The notes under the pieces: model-generated | Databases searched by the model: none | What the model was told of the DNA's origin: nothing | Seen by the model: only the letters and a program-made list of their open reading frames with translations | In this document: piece by piece, positions 22,898 to 34,531 of the stretch | Numbering within the stretch: the first letter of the stretch is position 1 | How the letters are laid out: the number at the start of each line of letters is the position of its first letter | Position numbers and translations under genes: made by a program | Origin: an uncultured Planctomycetota bacterium | Lineage (GTDB): Bacteria; Planctomycetota; Phycisphaerae; Tepidisphaerales; Tepidisphaeraceae | Direction: 5' to 3' | Assembly: GCA_963841915.1 (NCBI GenBank) | Contig: CAWJEN010000006.1 | Coordinates: 1,280,001-1,344,000, forward strand | Length of the DNA stretch: 64,000 nt

Positions 22898-24089
22898 TTA
22901 CGCCGCCAGCTGCTCCTGACCCTCGATCACCGGCATCGGCAACACAGGCGCATCCGTTGCAACAGCAAGCTCCCGCCGACCCACGTCGTACTTCGCCGCC
23001 GTCGGCAGCAACAACCCTGCGTCGTTGACGTGACGCAGCCAACGGTCCCGCAAATCCCGCGCCGCATTCGCCAATCGCGGGTCGTGCTTGCGCTTCACCC
23101 GCTTGGCCTTCTTCCGCTTCCTCGGCAACGGTCGCGGCAGTTCCTTCACCAGCTTCGTCCCCGGCAACTTCATGAACAGGCCGCCCGGATACGTCCCCTG
23201 CTCCCGCCGCATCATGTCCGCCGTCATCAGACGCTTCTTCCCTTCGTACAGCCCGTCCTCACGCTCCTCGATGCCGTCGGTCCATTGCTTCTTGCCCACG
23301 AGCTCCTCATCCGGCACCGCCGGGTCGTTCGTCTCGATCGCATCCTTCTCGATCGCCGCATCCTGAGCCGTCGCCGGCAGCTCCGGCAACACCTGCGGCC
23401 GCGTCTCGCCCCAGTGCTGTCCTTCGGGAATCGGCAACACCACCCGATCCTCCCGCATCACGCCCGCCCCCGTGACCGACGGATACCACCAAGCCGTCTC
23501 GACATCCCCGCGATGCACCCGCTTCTGCCAGAAGATGTGCACGCGGGCCTCGCCCGTCTTCTTGTCCGCCGCCCCCGCCCGGTACGCCAAAGGCACGAAC
23601 CCCATCGCCTCCCAGTACCGGTTGGCCGCCAGATCCTGAGCACACCACGCACAGCACAGCCGCGTCCCCCAAGGCCACGCGTCGAACAATGTGCTGCAAC
23701 AACACCCCGCCCACGTTCCGCCTCCGAAACGCCGGCATGACCGCCATCTGATAGACGACGCCCACTTCCTCCCGCTTGAAGTAGGTATCACTGCCGATCA
23801 CATACCCCGCAAACTCGGCAGGGCGTGCATGCGTCGGGGTCGTCTCCGCCACGAACAACTCGCGGTTCTCCACCTTCCCCTCCAGCGCCTTCCACTGCAA
23901 AAACCCTAGCTCGTCGCCATGCGCCTTCTGCAACGCATCGACGGCTGATCCAGATCATTGAGATCCCCCGGCCGAACGCGCAGGTCGTCCCCCACAACAC
24001 ACCGGCACCACGAGCGGCCCATCCCGCCGAACCACAAGGCCGGTGTCCATCACTTCACGCCCGTCCTCATCGATGATGATCTCGTCCAT
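22898..24089 (-). CDS. GNAT-family acetyltransferase with long C-terminal extension (frameshifted in this assembly)
   Basis: Pieces in three frames: [10 protein letters not shown]..., ELGFLQW...[19 protein letters not shown] (motif A), [16 protein letters not shown] (motif B)...EQLAA. Confidence 0.7.
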
Positions 24090-24305
24090 CGTTCGCCCTT
24101 GCTGATGTCGTGATCCGATCCCGCGCCCGACCACCCACGGCCGACCGTTCGCCCTCAAGATCGACCGATCCGCCGCCACAACACCACGAAGCCGGTCGTC
24201 CAACTCCCTTGTCGGCCGCAGCCCCGCCCTGATTACACGCGCAGCAACGCCAACTAGCCGCCCCACCACGCCGATCACGCCGTCAACGGAGCCAACCCGC
24301 CGCCC

Positions 24306-24620
24306 ATTGGGGCTGTTCTTGCGAGTAATGAGGCTGTTCTCCGCGCATTGGGGCTGTTCTTGCGCATTGGGGCTGTTCTTGCGCAATGGGGCTGTTCTTG
24401 GGCGCAATGGGGCTGTTCTTGGGCGCAATGGGGCTGTTCTTGGCGCGATGGGGCTGTTCTTCGGCGCGATGAGGCTGTTCTTGGGCGCAATGGGGCTGTT
24501 CTTCGGCGCGATGAGGCTGTTCTTCGGCGCAATGGGGCTGATTCGCGGGGTGATACGGCTGATCGACCTGCGGCTGGGGCTGTTTGAGGTCAACTGCCGG
24601 CTGTTGCCCGGCCAATCCAT
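24306..24620. repeat. Tandem array of ~21-bp units, consensus ATGGGGCTGTTCTTSGGCGCR
   Basis: 11 near-identical GGCTGTTCT-containing units (19-22 bp) plus about 4 degenerate units that keep the 21-bp register. Confidence 0.92.
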
Positions 24621-24807
24621 GCGCGTTGGGAACGCAGTCTGGCTGCGAGATGTTTGGAAGCATCTAGCGACCGCCTTTGTCATACAGATTTGCTTCGTCG
24701 CGTCGAGTACTGGCTTTGACTGACCCGTCATTGTCGGCCTGATTCTGCTATCGCCGAGCCACATGCGTTCGGTCGCGTCGACTCGATGCCCTTACCGTCA
24801 AGAGAAC

Positions 24808-25608
24808 ATGGCGACGCTCCACACGAAGAAGGCGGGCCAGTGGGTGAAGTCGACTGCCTGGAAGCAGCTCGAACGCGAGCTGATCGTCGGCCTCGTCGCA
24901 CTCATGCTCGTGATCTTCCTGTCCGGCTTCGCCGTCGGCTTCGGCCGTGGCTCTTCGCTCTGGGCGTGGATCCTGGCCATGGTGGGTGTACTGGTGGTCA
25001 CCCTGCTCATCGCATGGTTGATGAAGCGTGCCGAGCGCCGGTGGGAAGTGCCTCAACAGGAACGCATCCGCCGCCTCCGCGGGGCACACGCCGAAGCGCT
25101 CGTCGCGTACGTGCTCCAGACGCAACTCATCGCCGAACCCAAGGGCCTGAACGGCACCGGCGGCTGGCACATCTGGTGCAACGTCCCGCTGGGCGACCTC
25201 GGCGACGCCGACGTCGTCGTGATCGGGCCGGGCGGCTGTTTCGTCGTCAGCGTCAAGAGCCACCTCGGCCTGCTCACGGTCGGCGGCAACGCCCTGTCGC
25301 TGAACAACCGCCCCACGTCCGACCCATGGGCCGCCGACGCCGTCAAGCAGGCCCTCCGCCTCCGCGACCGCATCAACGCGGCGGACGGCCAAGCCCCACC
25401 CTTCGTCCGCGGCGTCCTGTGTGTTCCTCATGCCGCGCTGGAACCAAACGTCACGCCCCTCTGGTGCGGCAACACTCTGGTCTGCAATGAGCGGACGCTG
25501 ATCGAAACGCTCGAGAGTCACGGCAACCCAATCGACCGATCAATCGTCCTCCGCCTCAAGGCCGCCGTCGCCACACTGAGCAACACGCCCGAGGTCAACG
25601 GCAAGTAG
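24808..25608 (+). CDS. Membrane-anchored NERD (nuclease-related domain) protein
   Basis: Two N-terminal TM helices; GAHAEALV...NVPLGDLGDADVVVIGPGGCFVVSVKS...QALRL. Confidence 0.8.
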   Translation: MATLHTKKAGQWVKSTAWKQLERELIVGLVALMLVIFLSGFAVGFGRGSSLWAWILAMVGVLVVTLLIAWLMKRAERRWEVPQQERIRRLRGAHAEALVAYVLQTQLIAEPKGLNGTGGWHIWCNVPLGDLGDADVVVIGPGGCFVVSVKSHLGLLTVGGNALSLNNRPTSDPWAADAVKQALRLRDRINAADGQAPPFVRGVLCVPHAALEPNVTPLWCGNTLVCNERTLIETLESHGNPIDRSIVLRLKAAVATLSNTPEVNGK

Positions 25609-25731
25609 AGCAGCCAGTCGACGTGACAAGCGGGAAACGAACGATGCCCCCGTTTCCGCGCCCAGTGGGACGCCCCTTCGCCGTATGAGACCTTGCATTG
25701 CCTGACGCAACAATGCATCATCCTGGCCGCT

Positions 25732-26340
25732 ATGGGGTCGGCCGTCGACGATGTATCGATCTCAGGCACGACGGCGACATCCGACGCGTTGACGAGTGCC
25801 TTGGCCGACGCACACGCCGACTCGGCCGCACGCGAACGCCTGTTCGACCTCGCGGCCGAACGGATGCGGACGATGGCACGAACACACCTGAATCGCTTTC
25901 CCCGCCTCCGCCGGTGGTCGCGGAGCGACGACGTGATGCAGGAGGGCATCGTCCGCCTGCTGGCGGCGTTGGAGCAGTCGTTTCCGCGGACGCCGGTTCA
26001 CTTTTATCGCCTGTTTGCCCTGCAGCTTCGGCGGCTTCTTGTTGATCTGCACCGAACCTCGTACGGGCCGGAGGGTCGACATCGGCATCACGATTCACCG
26101 AGTGACGACGCTCGCACGGTCGATGCGGTCTGCACGCGTGATCCAGCCGAAGGGCTCGACGTCGAGGCCCTCCACGAAGCTGTTGATCGACTACCGGACG
26201 AGCTTCGGCAACTCGTCGAGCTTCACTCTTACAGCGGCCTGACGGGAACGGAAACGGCCGCGTTGCTGGGCATCTCGGACCGCCACTTCTGGCGACAGTG
26301 GGGCGAAATCAAAGCCCGACTGGCCAACGACCTCTGCTGA
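25732..26340 (+). CDS. ECF-type RNA polymerase sigma factor (planctomycete kinase-associated type)
   Basis: Region 2 RWSRSDDVMQEGIVRL...LRRLLVDLHR; region 4 LHEAVDRLPDELRQLVELHSYSGLTGTETAALLGIS. Confidence 0.85.
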   Translation: MGSAVDDVSISGTTATSDALTSALADAHADSAARERLFDLAAERMRTMARTHLNRFPRLRRWSRSDDVMQEGIVRLLAALEQSFPRTPVHFYRLFALQLRRLLVDLHRTSYGPEGRHRHHDSPSDDARTVDAVCTRDPAEGLDVEALHEAVDRLPDELRQLVELHSYSGLTGTETAALLGISDRHFWRQWGEIKARLANDLC

Positions 26341-26397
26341 GGAGAAATTTGATGGTTCGTGTCAGTCCGACGGCTCGGCTGCCGCAGACGTGGGGGA

Positions 26398-27510
26398 ATG
26401 GACGGTATTCCCGACGACATCCTCGACAGTTACGAGGCGTACGGCTGTCGCGTCAATGCGATCGAGGTCGACGAGCTCTTTGACCGCTACGCGACGGCCG
26501 GATTTCTGTACCCGGCGAAGCTCGCACGGTTGAAGCCGTTTCTGCCGATCATCAAGAAGAATTGGGAGACGGCACAACGCGCAGGAGAAGACCTCATGTG
26601 GACGAGCGTCTTCAGCGACGCGTCGTCCTGGGGGACCGTGACATCATGGAGAAGTAGCGGGCAAGGTTGGTTGTCTCAGCATCTCGTGTCGACGGGTGAG
26701 GTCGGCGGTTCGGCGGCGGTTCAACTCTCGGGGCAAGCCGTCAAAATCCGTCGCGCGGAAGGTGCGGCCGAGCAAAATTGGTTCCGCCCGACGAACCGAT
26801 TCCCGATGAAGGTCTTCGGCTCGATGGCCCAGAAGCTGGGCCCGGACGTCGCCAGTTGTGCCGTCCACACCCTCCTGTCGATCGACGCCGGGTCCATATT
26901 GAAGGACGAGTCAGGGAAAATCGTCGTCGAGGCGTCGGATGATGCCGATGCGGTGGCGGGCGTCGCCGAGAAGACGCGCGGCTCTGTCTTCGTGCAGGCC
27001 GAGGAGTTGAAACAAGACCTGCGGCTCGAAGCCGTCGACGCCCTCTACCAAAGTGTCGGCCTGAGCCGGACGCGAACCCCCATCCTGGCCCGCCGACGTA
27101 GTGACGGTCGACCCCTCGGTGTTGCCCTGGCGTACCGCGGGCCGCTCGGGCTCAACTTCTCGTTCTTGGAAAATCGGTGCGATGTGCTCGTCGCCCCGGA
27201 CCTGGACGACGCCGCCCGGCGGGCTGTTGCGTTGGCGTTGCTGCGGGAAGCCGCCGCCCGTCTACGCGTCTTTCGAGCCGGGGGCTTTCCCCGCCGTCAC
27301 GGACCCACGTACGGCCGCACTTCTCGCACAGGCGGGCGGAGTCGAGGTCGTCCGTGAGTATGCCCAGAGTATCTGGCTGCGTGACGGATTCATCGGTTGG
27401 TACCGACACGTCGAGGGTTTCTACGACCGCATCCGCAAAGCCGGTCGCGACGTGGACTGGCCGGCCGCAAGGCCGTCGAACCCGCCGATCTCGCGGCGAC
27501 TGCACCATGA
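26398..27510 (+). CDS. Hypothetical enzyme-like protein, possibly acyltransferase fold (frameshift ~27260; end approximate)
   Basis: Continuous coding signal MDGIPDD...GLNFSFLENRCD, continuing in another frame as YASFEPGAF...GWYRHVEGFY. Confidence 0.6.
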
Positions 27511-28331
27511 ACAACGCGAAGAACAGCTCGACATACTTGATGCACGACCCGCGCGAGGCGGCCCGTCTGGCCGGAAAGGTCGACGCGGCCGACTGGGTCG
27601 ACCAGCACGTGGCGCAGCTCCTCGACCGCACCGCGGGCGACGTTCTTGACGTGGGGTGCGGCCCCGGTGTTCTGGCGGCCGAGGCGGCACGCCGTTTGAA
27701 CGATGACGGTCACGTCACGGGCGTCGACCTTCACGCGGACCGCTTCGCGAGCAGTTCGGCCGGCATGATGGGATCGGGCCGATTGCCGCAGAACCTCACC
27801 CTGCGCGTCGGTAAAGCCGAAGACCTTCCTTTCGAAGACGGCACGTTCGGCCTGGCGTGGTGCCGGTTCTTGCTGGAGTACCTGCCCGACAAGCCGCGAG
27901 CTCTGGCCGAGATGGTCCGGGTTCTGAGGCCGGGCGGTCGCCTGCTGTTGCAGGACCTGGACGGGCAATTGCTCTGGCACGATCCGCCAGACCCGGAGCT
28001 CGAAGCGACCCTGAGCCGTGTTATGCCGGCCCTTGCCCGAGGCGGATTCGATCCGTTCGTAGGTCGCAAGCTCCGCGGGCTCGCGCTGGCCGCGGGGCTG
28101 GAGGTCGAGCGGGTCGAGGTTGCCCCGTACCACCTCTACGCAGGCCGCATTGACGAGATCAACGATCGGCTGTGGCAGGCGAAACTGGCGATCGCGCAGC
28201 CGGCCGTCGCCGCCGTCATTGGCGACAAAGAGTCCGAGCGGCTGTGTGCGCGATTTATGGACTATCTGAGGGACGACGCGACACTGACGTATTCGGTGCT
28301 CTTTACAGTGCTGGCACGCAAACCCGCATGA
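27507..28331 (+). CDS. Class I SAM-dependent methyltransferase
   Basis: VLDVGCGPG, VTGVD, AEDLPFEDGTF, LAEMVRVLRPGG, DPFVGRKL. Confidence 0.9.
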   Translation: MNNAKNSSTYLMHDPREAARLAGKVDAADWVDQHVAQLLDRTAGDVLDVGCGPGVLAAEAARRLNDDGHVTGVDLHADRFASSSAGMMGSGRLPQNLTLRVGKAEDLPFEDGTFGLAWCRFLLEYLPDKPRALAEMVRVLRPGGRLLLQDLDGQLLWHDPPDPELEATLSRVMPALARGGFDPFVGRKLRGLALAAGLEVERVEVAPYHLYAGRIDEINDRLWQAKLAIAQPAVAAVIGDKESERLCARFMDYLRDDATLTYSVLFTVLARKPA

Positions 28332-28376
28332 CCTACGCCGGAGGCGGCTGTCGGTCGATTGGAGAAAGGAGGAAGC

Positions 28377-30748
28377 ATGAGTAGCCTTGTCGGTCGCGTC
28401 CTTTCGCCCGGTGACGACTCGGAAGTGCTCCGCCGCCTGACGCGGTGGCACCTCGCCGACAGCCGCGACCCGCCAGAGGACGTTTTTCAGGACCGCCCGG
28501 GAACTCGTCGAACCCCTTCGGCGTCGCATGGACCGACTGAGGCAGGTCTCGAGCGGCGATCGACGTCCTGGACGATGCCGAGGCGATGGGGAAGACGCCT
28601 GCGTCGGTCGGGCTGTACCGCATCGTTTGTCGTGTAGGCGAAGGTGCCAACGGCGTCGTTTATGAGGCGATCCACAGCGTCACGAGCAAGCGCGTGGCCT
28701 TGAAGCTGCTCGTCGGCCTGCGGCACGCTTCCGACCACGCCCGCCGACGCTTCGCCCGCGAAGCGGAGTTAGCCAGCCAGCTCGACCACCCGAACACGGC
28801 CACCGTGTTCGACGCAGGCGACGTCGACGGCGTGCCTTTCCTGGCAATGGCTTTTATCGACGGCGAGCCCTTGAGCAGAGACGAGCGTGGTGCAGGGTCC
28901 AGCCGGTCTTCATCTTCGCGGGAGACGGTTGCTCTCTTCATTCAAGCCTGTCGCGGGGTCGAGCACGCTCACGCCAAGGGCTTGATCCATCGCGACCTTG
29001 AAGCCGACGAACATCCTCGTCGGCCGGAACGGGCGACCCGTCATCGTCGACTTCGGCTTGGCGAAACAGGCGAATGAGACTACGTCGTCCCTCAGCCTTG
29101 ATGCACGGTTCGAGGCACAGTCACCTTTGCCAGCCCGGAGCAGTGCCGCGACGAATCAGGCGACGTGCGGAGCAACATCTATTCGCTGGGCGTCGTGCTG
29201 TTCGGCCTGCTTGTACCGAACGCGCACCCGCACAACCTCGACGGCACGGAATGGCAGTTCACGAGCGGATCGCCTTCGAACGACGCCCGGCTTCTGCGGC
29301 ATGTCGATCGCAGGATCGACCGCGACCTTGATGCCGTCGTCGCCAAGGCATCGAACGCGAGCCGAACCGCAGGTATGCGACAACATCGGCATTGATCGAC
29401 GACCTCGAACGCTGGCTGAATGGCCGGCCGGTACAGGCGAGGCCGGCGTCTCTCGGATACGTCGCCCGGAAGTGGATCGGCCGACATCGGGGGCGCATGG
29501 CCGTCATCGCCACCGTTGCCCTGCTGATCGTCACCGTCGCGGCTGCGGCGTCATGGCGTGTGGTCTGCACAACGGGACGGCGAGCTGTTCGGGCGGCTGC
29601 CGAGACGGCCGAAGCCGTGAACGCGTTTCTTGAAGACCTGCTATCCGCCGCCGATCCATTTGGCGGGGGGACACACGACTTGACCGTCGCCGAGGTACTT
29701 GCCGCTGCGGACGAGCGTGTCGCAGCCGAGTTCGCGGACCGGCCGCTGATCGAGGCCCGGCTACGTCGCGTGATCGGACGAACCCTCCTCGAACTCGACC
29801 GACCCGCCGAAGCCGAACCGCACCTGCACGGGCCGTCGAGCTTCTCACACGATACGTCGGTCCGGACGATGCCCGGACCCTCGAAGCCCAACTGGCCCTC
29901 TGCCGCTTCCTTTTGGCGACATGGCAGAACGACGAAGCGGAGCCAATCCTTCGACGTTGTTCGCCGGTCGACAAACCAACTCGGCACAGTGCCGCCAACA
30001 GACCTTCGACGCACGCCGACGCCTTTATCTCATGTTAAGTGAGACCGGCCAGACCGCCGAAGCCGCGGAGGGACTGGAAGCACTTTATAACGACGTCACA
30101 CTCGTGAGGCCTGAGTCCCATCCGCAATTTATCTGGTCGCTGGGGGCGATCGCCATCTGTCAAAGCACGCACGGGAGCTTGGGAGGCTGCACTACCGGTT
30201 GCACGCCGGACGCTGAAGCTCGCAGAATTGCACGTCGGCCCTGATCATGCAGGCACGTTGAGTTGGGTGATGAACGTCGCGGAAATGGGGGGAAAGGGCC
30301 AAACGGGCGATTTTGATGAAGCCATCCGGCTGCACCGAGAAAATGTCGCCCGCCGGACTGGCACGTGTGGCGAGAACCACAATGCGACATGGTTCGGCCG
30401 ACAAAACCTCGCGTAATCGTTGTTGCTTCGTGGTGCTCCTAGCGACGTCGAGGAGGCGGCAAACATCCTGCAGGACCTTCGTCGACGCCAGCCGGCCGAA
30501 CCGACTGGCTGCCGACCCGGCTGGATGCGGACCTGATGCTGGTCGAGGCCCTGCACACGCTGGGCCGCGACGCCGAAGCCGAATCCGTTCTGGCCGAAAA
30601 CGAAGCATGGGCAGAACAGATCCTGACGCTCGACCGCCCGTCCGTCGCCTGGCTCGTCCGATGGTCCCGCCACCTCGCTACCGCAAAGGCGACCACACCC
30701 GATGGCACATCGCCGCATCAGCCGCTGTCGCAGGTTCGTACGGCCTAG
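28377..30748 (+). CDS. Ser/Thr protein kinase with TM helix and TPR region (multiple frameshifts)
   Basis: AAGGAGG RBS; VGEGANGVVY, VALK, RFARE, IHRDL/KPTNIL, VDFGLAK, IYSLGVVL, DDLERWLNGRPV, TM, FLEDLLSAADP. Confidence 0.8.
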
Positions 30749-30892
30749 ACGCACCTCAGACTCAGCGGTTTCATCGCACCCACGTGTTCGAATCAAGGAA
30801 CCGAAGATTTTTGGCATAGGGCGACATCGGCTCCCGCAAGACCACGTAGCGGCGTCGCGACGGGCGGCCTGCCCAACCACCCACGGGAGCAC

Positions 30893-31488
30893 ATCCAGTT
30901 CCATCGCTTCAACCTCATCCTCGGCGGCCTCGCCCTCTCAGTCGCCGGCACGGCCTCCGCCGACGTCCTGGGCGGCCCGGTCGATCCCACCAACGGCCAC
31001 AGCTACTATCTCCTGGAGCAGGACACTTGGACCAACAGCGAAGCCTTTGCTGTCTGGGCGGCCACCTTGTGACGATGATGACGCGGAGGAGGATGAGTAG
31101 GTCTACGACACCTTCGCCAGCTTCGGCAACGTCGATCGGAACCTCTGATAGGTTTCAACGATGTGGCGGACGAAGGCACCTTCGTCTGGTCAGTGGTGAG
31201 ACGCCCGGTTACACCAATTGGGCAATCAACAAACCGGACGGCCCGGACGGTGCAGACTACGGGCACATCATAAGTCCGGCTGGCAGCTCTCCCGGCCAGG
31301 TGTGGGATGACCTTTCCGACGTCATTGAAGACGGGCGGAGCCCAATCAACCCAAATCATGGTGTTGTCGAGGTAGTCCCCGAGCCCGCCGCCGCCGGCCT
31401 GCTGGGTGCGGGACTCCTCGTCACGCTCCTCCGCCGGCGTCACACTCCGAATCTGAGCTGCGCTCTCGCGATGCCTCTCCGTGCATAA
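30893..31488 (+). CDS. C-type lectin domain PEP-CTERM protein (frameshifted; apparent ATC start)
   Basis: Signal QFHRFNLILGGLALSVAGTASA, NGHSYYLL..TWTNSEA, LGGHLVT, YTNWA..KPD, WDD, VPEPAAAGLLGAGLLVTLLRRR. Confidence 0.72.
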
Positions 31489-31570
31489 GTCTGGAAGACC
31501 GTTCGCCGAGGCAAACGCGGAATAACTACTAACTCTTCAGACATCCTTCGAGCTCAACACCCTAAATCAG

Positions 31571-32075
31571 ATGATCTTTCCACGCTTGATTTTTGCTGCC
31601 GTTCTCACGCCTTTCCTCTTGCTTACGGTGGGGACTTGGTCAACGCAATGTCGCCTCAACAGCCTGCGTTGGCGGAGGCGGCGGCGACGAGTTTCGATGG
31701 GTCATTCCTGAGGGCGGTCGGATCACCGGCGTGCAGCCGATCGGCGACAAGCGAATAGATGGCCTACGTATCTACTATGTCGATAAGAACGGTGATAAGC
31801 ATCACACCGGCTGGAACGACGATGAGAATGGAGGTGGAATGTGGCTTGAGTATTTCGACATCCCGACCGGTACCTTCCTAGTCGGCATCTCGGGACGCAC
31901 CGGAAGAAGGGTTGATCAACTTAAGTTTCACCTCAACAACGGAGACGCGAGCATTAGCTACGGCGGGAACGGAGGAAATGCATTCGAATTGATGACCAAT
32001 AGGAAAGAAGTCGTTGGCTTCCACGGCCGCGAGGGCGACGAAATTGATTGCATCGGATTAACGTACATCGAATAA
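31571..32075 (+). CDS. Jacalin-like lectin domain protein, probably exported (frameshift after signal peptide)
   Basis: GGGGGDEF, IDGL, LVGISGRTG..VDQLKF, YGGNGG, VVGFHGREG..IDCIG; signal MIFPRLIFAAVLTPFLLL in an upstream frame; lower GC. Confidence 0.78.
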
Positions 32076-32127
32076 CGAAGCGGAAACGTGTAAGGGGGAA
32101 GAAACGGGGACATCGCTCGTGTCTCGT

Positions 32128-32857
32128 TCATGGGCGGCCTTCAACCACCGTGCTCAGCATCGCGTGCGGGTTGCGGTCGTTGTAGAGCTTCAGCAGCGAC
32201 TCGACGTACGCGGCCTCCGTCAGCTCCTGCTCGATGTCGCGTCCATCAGCCGTACCCAAGGTTCTGCACCGTCGGCGGTGGCCGGTTGGAAGAGCATCAT
32301 CGTGACGTTCTCGAACTTCTCGCCGGGGCCGGTGTAGTCGTCGCGGCCGGAGAGGGTGGCGAGCAGCTTCGTGGCACGGGCGAAGGTGCTGCCGGTCGAT
32401 TCGCCCCCGCGTCCTCGTCCGCCGCGGCGGGCATGGCGAAGAGGCAGCAGACGACGCTGTACGGGAACCGCATGTGCAGCGTGATCGCCTCCGTGCACAG
32501 GTCGCCGAAGCGGTTCTTGAGGTTCTTCGACCACGTCTCGCCGACGATCTCCTTCTTCGCGTTCCGCACGGGGGACGGGGAGGCGATCGACTTGATGCTG
32601 AGGGCGAACTGGAGGCCGTGGCGGTCGTCGCTGTAGTGACGTCGACCCGCTTCGGGGCCGAGGCCGCCTTGGAACTCCTTCTCCTTCTTGCCGCCGGCGT
32701 CGGGCTTGATGGTCTTCATGCCCCGCTCGCGGAGGGCGGCGGCGATCTGCGGGGCCAGCGCGTGGGACAGCTTCTCGGCGTACCGCTTCTTCTCGCTCTG
32801 CGTGGCGTCGGCCGACGGGTACGGGCCGGCCTCGATGACGGCGTCGACCAGACTCAT
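32128..32857 (-). CDS. Putative type II restriction endonuclease, PD-(D/E)XK (frameshifted)
   Basis: Directly downstream of MTase; reconstructed GGLGPK-RVDV...ALSIKS...SKNLKNRFGDLCTEAITLHMRFP, reminiscent of XhoI/PaeR7I-type catalytic layout. Confidence 0.62.
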
Positions 32858-34531
32858 CGCTTGCTCCCTTTCCCCACCTTGCCCGCGGCATATCGACGCT
32901 CCATCAGGTCGTCGCGGCGGAGCGGAGGCGGCGGCAGTCGGCGGCAGTCAGGCCGAGGCCGTCGATCAGGAGGGCGCGGTCGACCCGGTCGGCGACGGCG
33001 TCAGACTGGCCGGTGCGGGCGAGGGCGTCGAGTTCGTCGAGGTCGAGGCGTTCGCTGCTGGCCAGGGGGGGCAAGGCGATGCGTTCGGCTTCGCCGGGTT
33101 CGAGCTTGAGCATGCCGCCGCCCATGGCGTGGCCTTCGAGCTCGACGCTCAGGCGGGTCAGGGCCGACGGCCAGGCGGTGGCGAGCATGTCGGCGGTGGC
33201 CTGAACACCGTCGCGGAGGCGGACGACGTGCAGGTTGTTCGGGGCGACAACGTCTCCGCTGTTGACGACGAACCGCGGGACGCGGCCGCTCATGTAGGTC
33301 AGGAAGGCGTCGGCACGGTGCACGTGGGGCACGCTGTACCACGGCGTGCGGACGCGGCACTTGTACGCCCGGTGGACGCCGGCGGCCTCGCCCTCGTCGA
33401 GGTAGTCTCGCAGCGGCGGGGGACGCTGCCGTTGAGCAGGGGCGGCGGGACCTGGAGCAGGTAGGCGGCGTCGCCGGTGGCTTCGGCGGCGTGCCAGTCG
33501 TCGGTCGTGAAGCGGAGGCCGACGAGGGCCCGGCCCTTGCGGACGGCGGGCGTGAGGTAGTCGGCGGGGATGCCGCGACGCTCGGCGTCGGCGGCGGAGA
33601 GGTGGAAGAAGTCGTTGTTGCCGCTGACGTAGCCGATGCCGACGCGGGCGACGTCGCCGAGGCGACGGACGGCCTCGTGGTCCAGCAACTCGCGGTAGAG
33701 GTCGCGGGCGGGCTTGGAAACGAACTGCTCGATGAGGCGTCGGCCGTCGCCGAGGGCGTCGGCGTCGAGGCGGCGTGACCGCGGGAAGATGACCCCGTTG
33801 GGGTGCGAACCCGCAAGGTCGGCCGGGCCGTCGAGGTCGCGCCAGTAGATCGAAGCGTCGGCCGCACGAGCGACGTTGAAGCCGTCGGCAAGAACGAGGA
33901 CACAGTCCTGCGAGAGCTTGGGGAAGAGGCGGTTCTTGAAGGTGAGCACCTGGAGCGTGGCGAAATGCCCGCTGAGGTGACGCAGTACGGGTCGGCCGTA
34001 GGCGGCGTGGAAGGCTTCCATCGGCAGGACCATCGCGAGCCTGCCGCCTTCTTTGAGCATGGCGGTGCCGTGGATGACGAAGGGTGCCCACAGACTGGCA
34101 AGCTTCGGCAGCGACAACCCCTGATCGGCGACGCGTCGCATGGCGGTGTCGCGGGCAACGCCGTTGAACGACTGATAGCGGACGAACGGCGGATTGCCGA
34201 CGACGGCGTCGTAGGTGGGCTCGCCGTCTATCGCGAAGAAGTCGGCCCGCGTCAGGTGATCGGGTGCGACGTCAGGGGCGAGGCGACGGACGACCTCCCG
34301 ATGCACGTCGGGATCGAGCTCCACGCCGTGGACCGACATGGCCGGATCGCCGTTGAGGTCGCAGATGCGGGCGGCGGCGGCTTCGAGGAAGACGCCGCCG
34401 CCGAAGCTGGGGTCGATGACGCGGTCCGTCGGCTCACGAACGGCCCAGCGGACGAGAAAGTCGGCGACCGCGTCGGCGGTGTAGTACGCGCCGGTCCGCT
34501 TGAGATTGGGCGAGGCGACCCCCAGCGACAT
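32854..34531 (-). CDS. N6-adenine DNA methyltransferase, gamma class (frameshifted ~33420)
   Basis: GAYYT, VIDPSFGGGVFL (motif I), VVGNPPFVRY (motif IV), C-terminal GHAMGGGMLKLEPGEAERI. Confidence 0.9.

Noticed and set aside
24306..24620. CRISPR array
   Set aside because: Units are contiguous ~21-bp repeats without unique 25-45 bp spacers, and there are no cas genes in the window.
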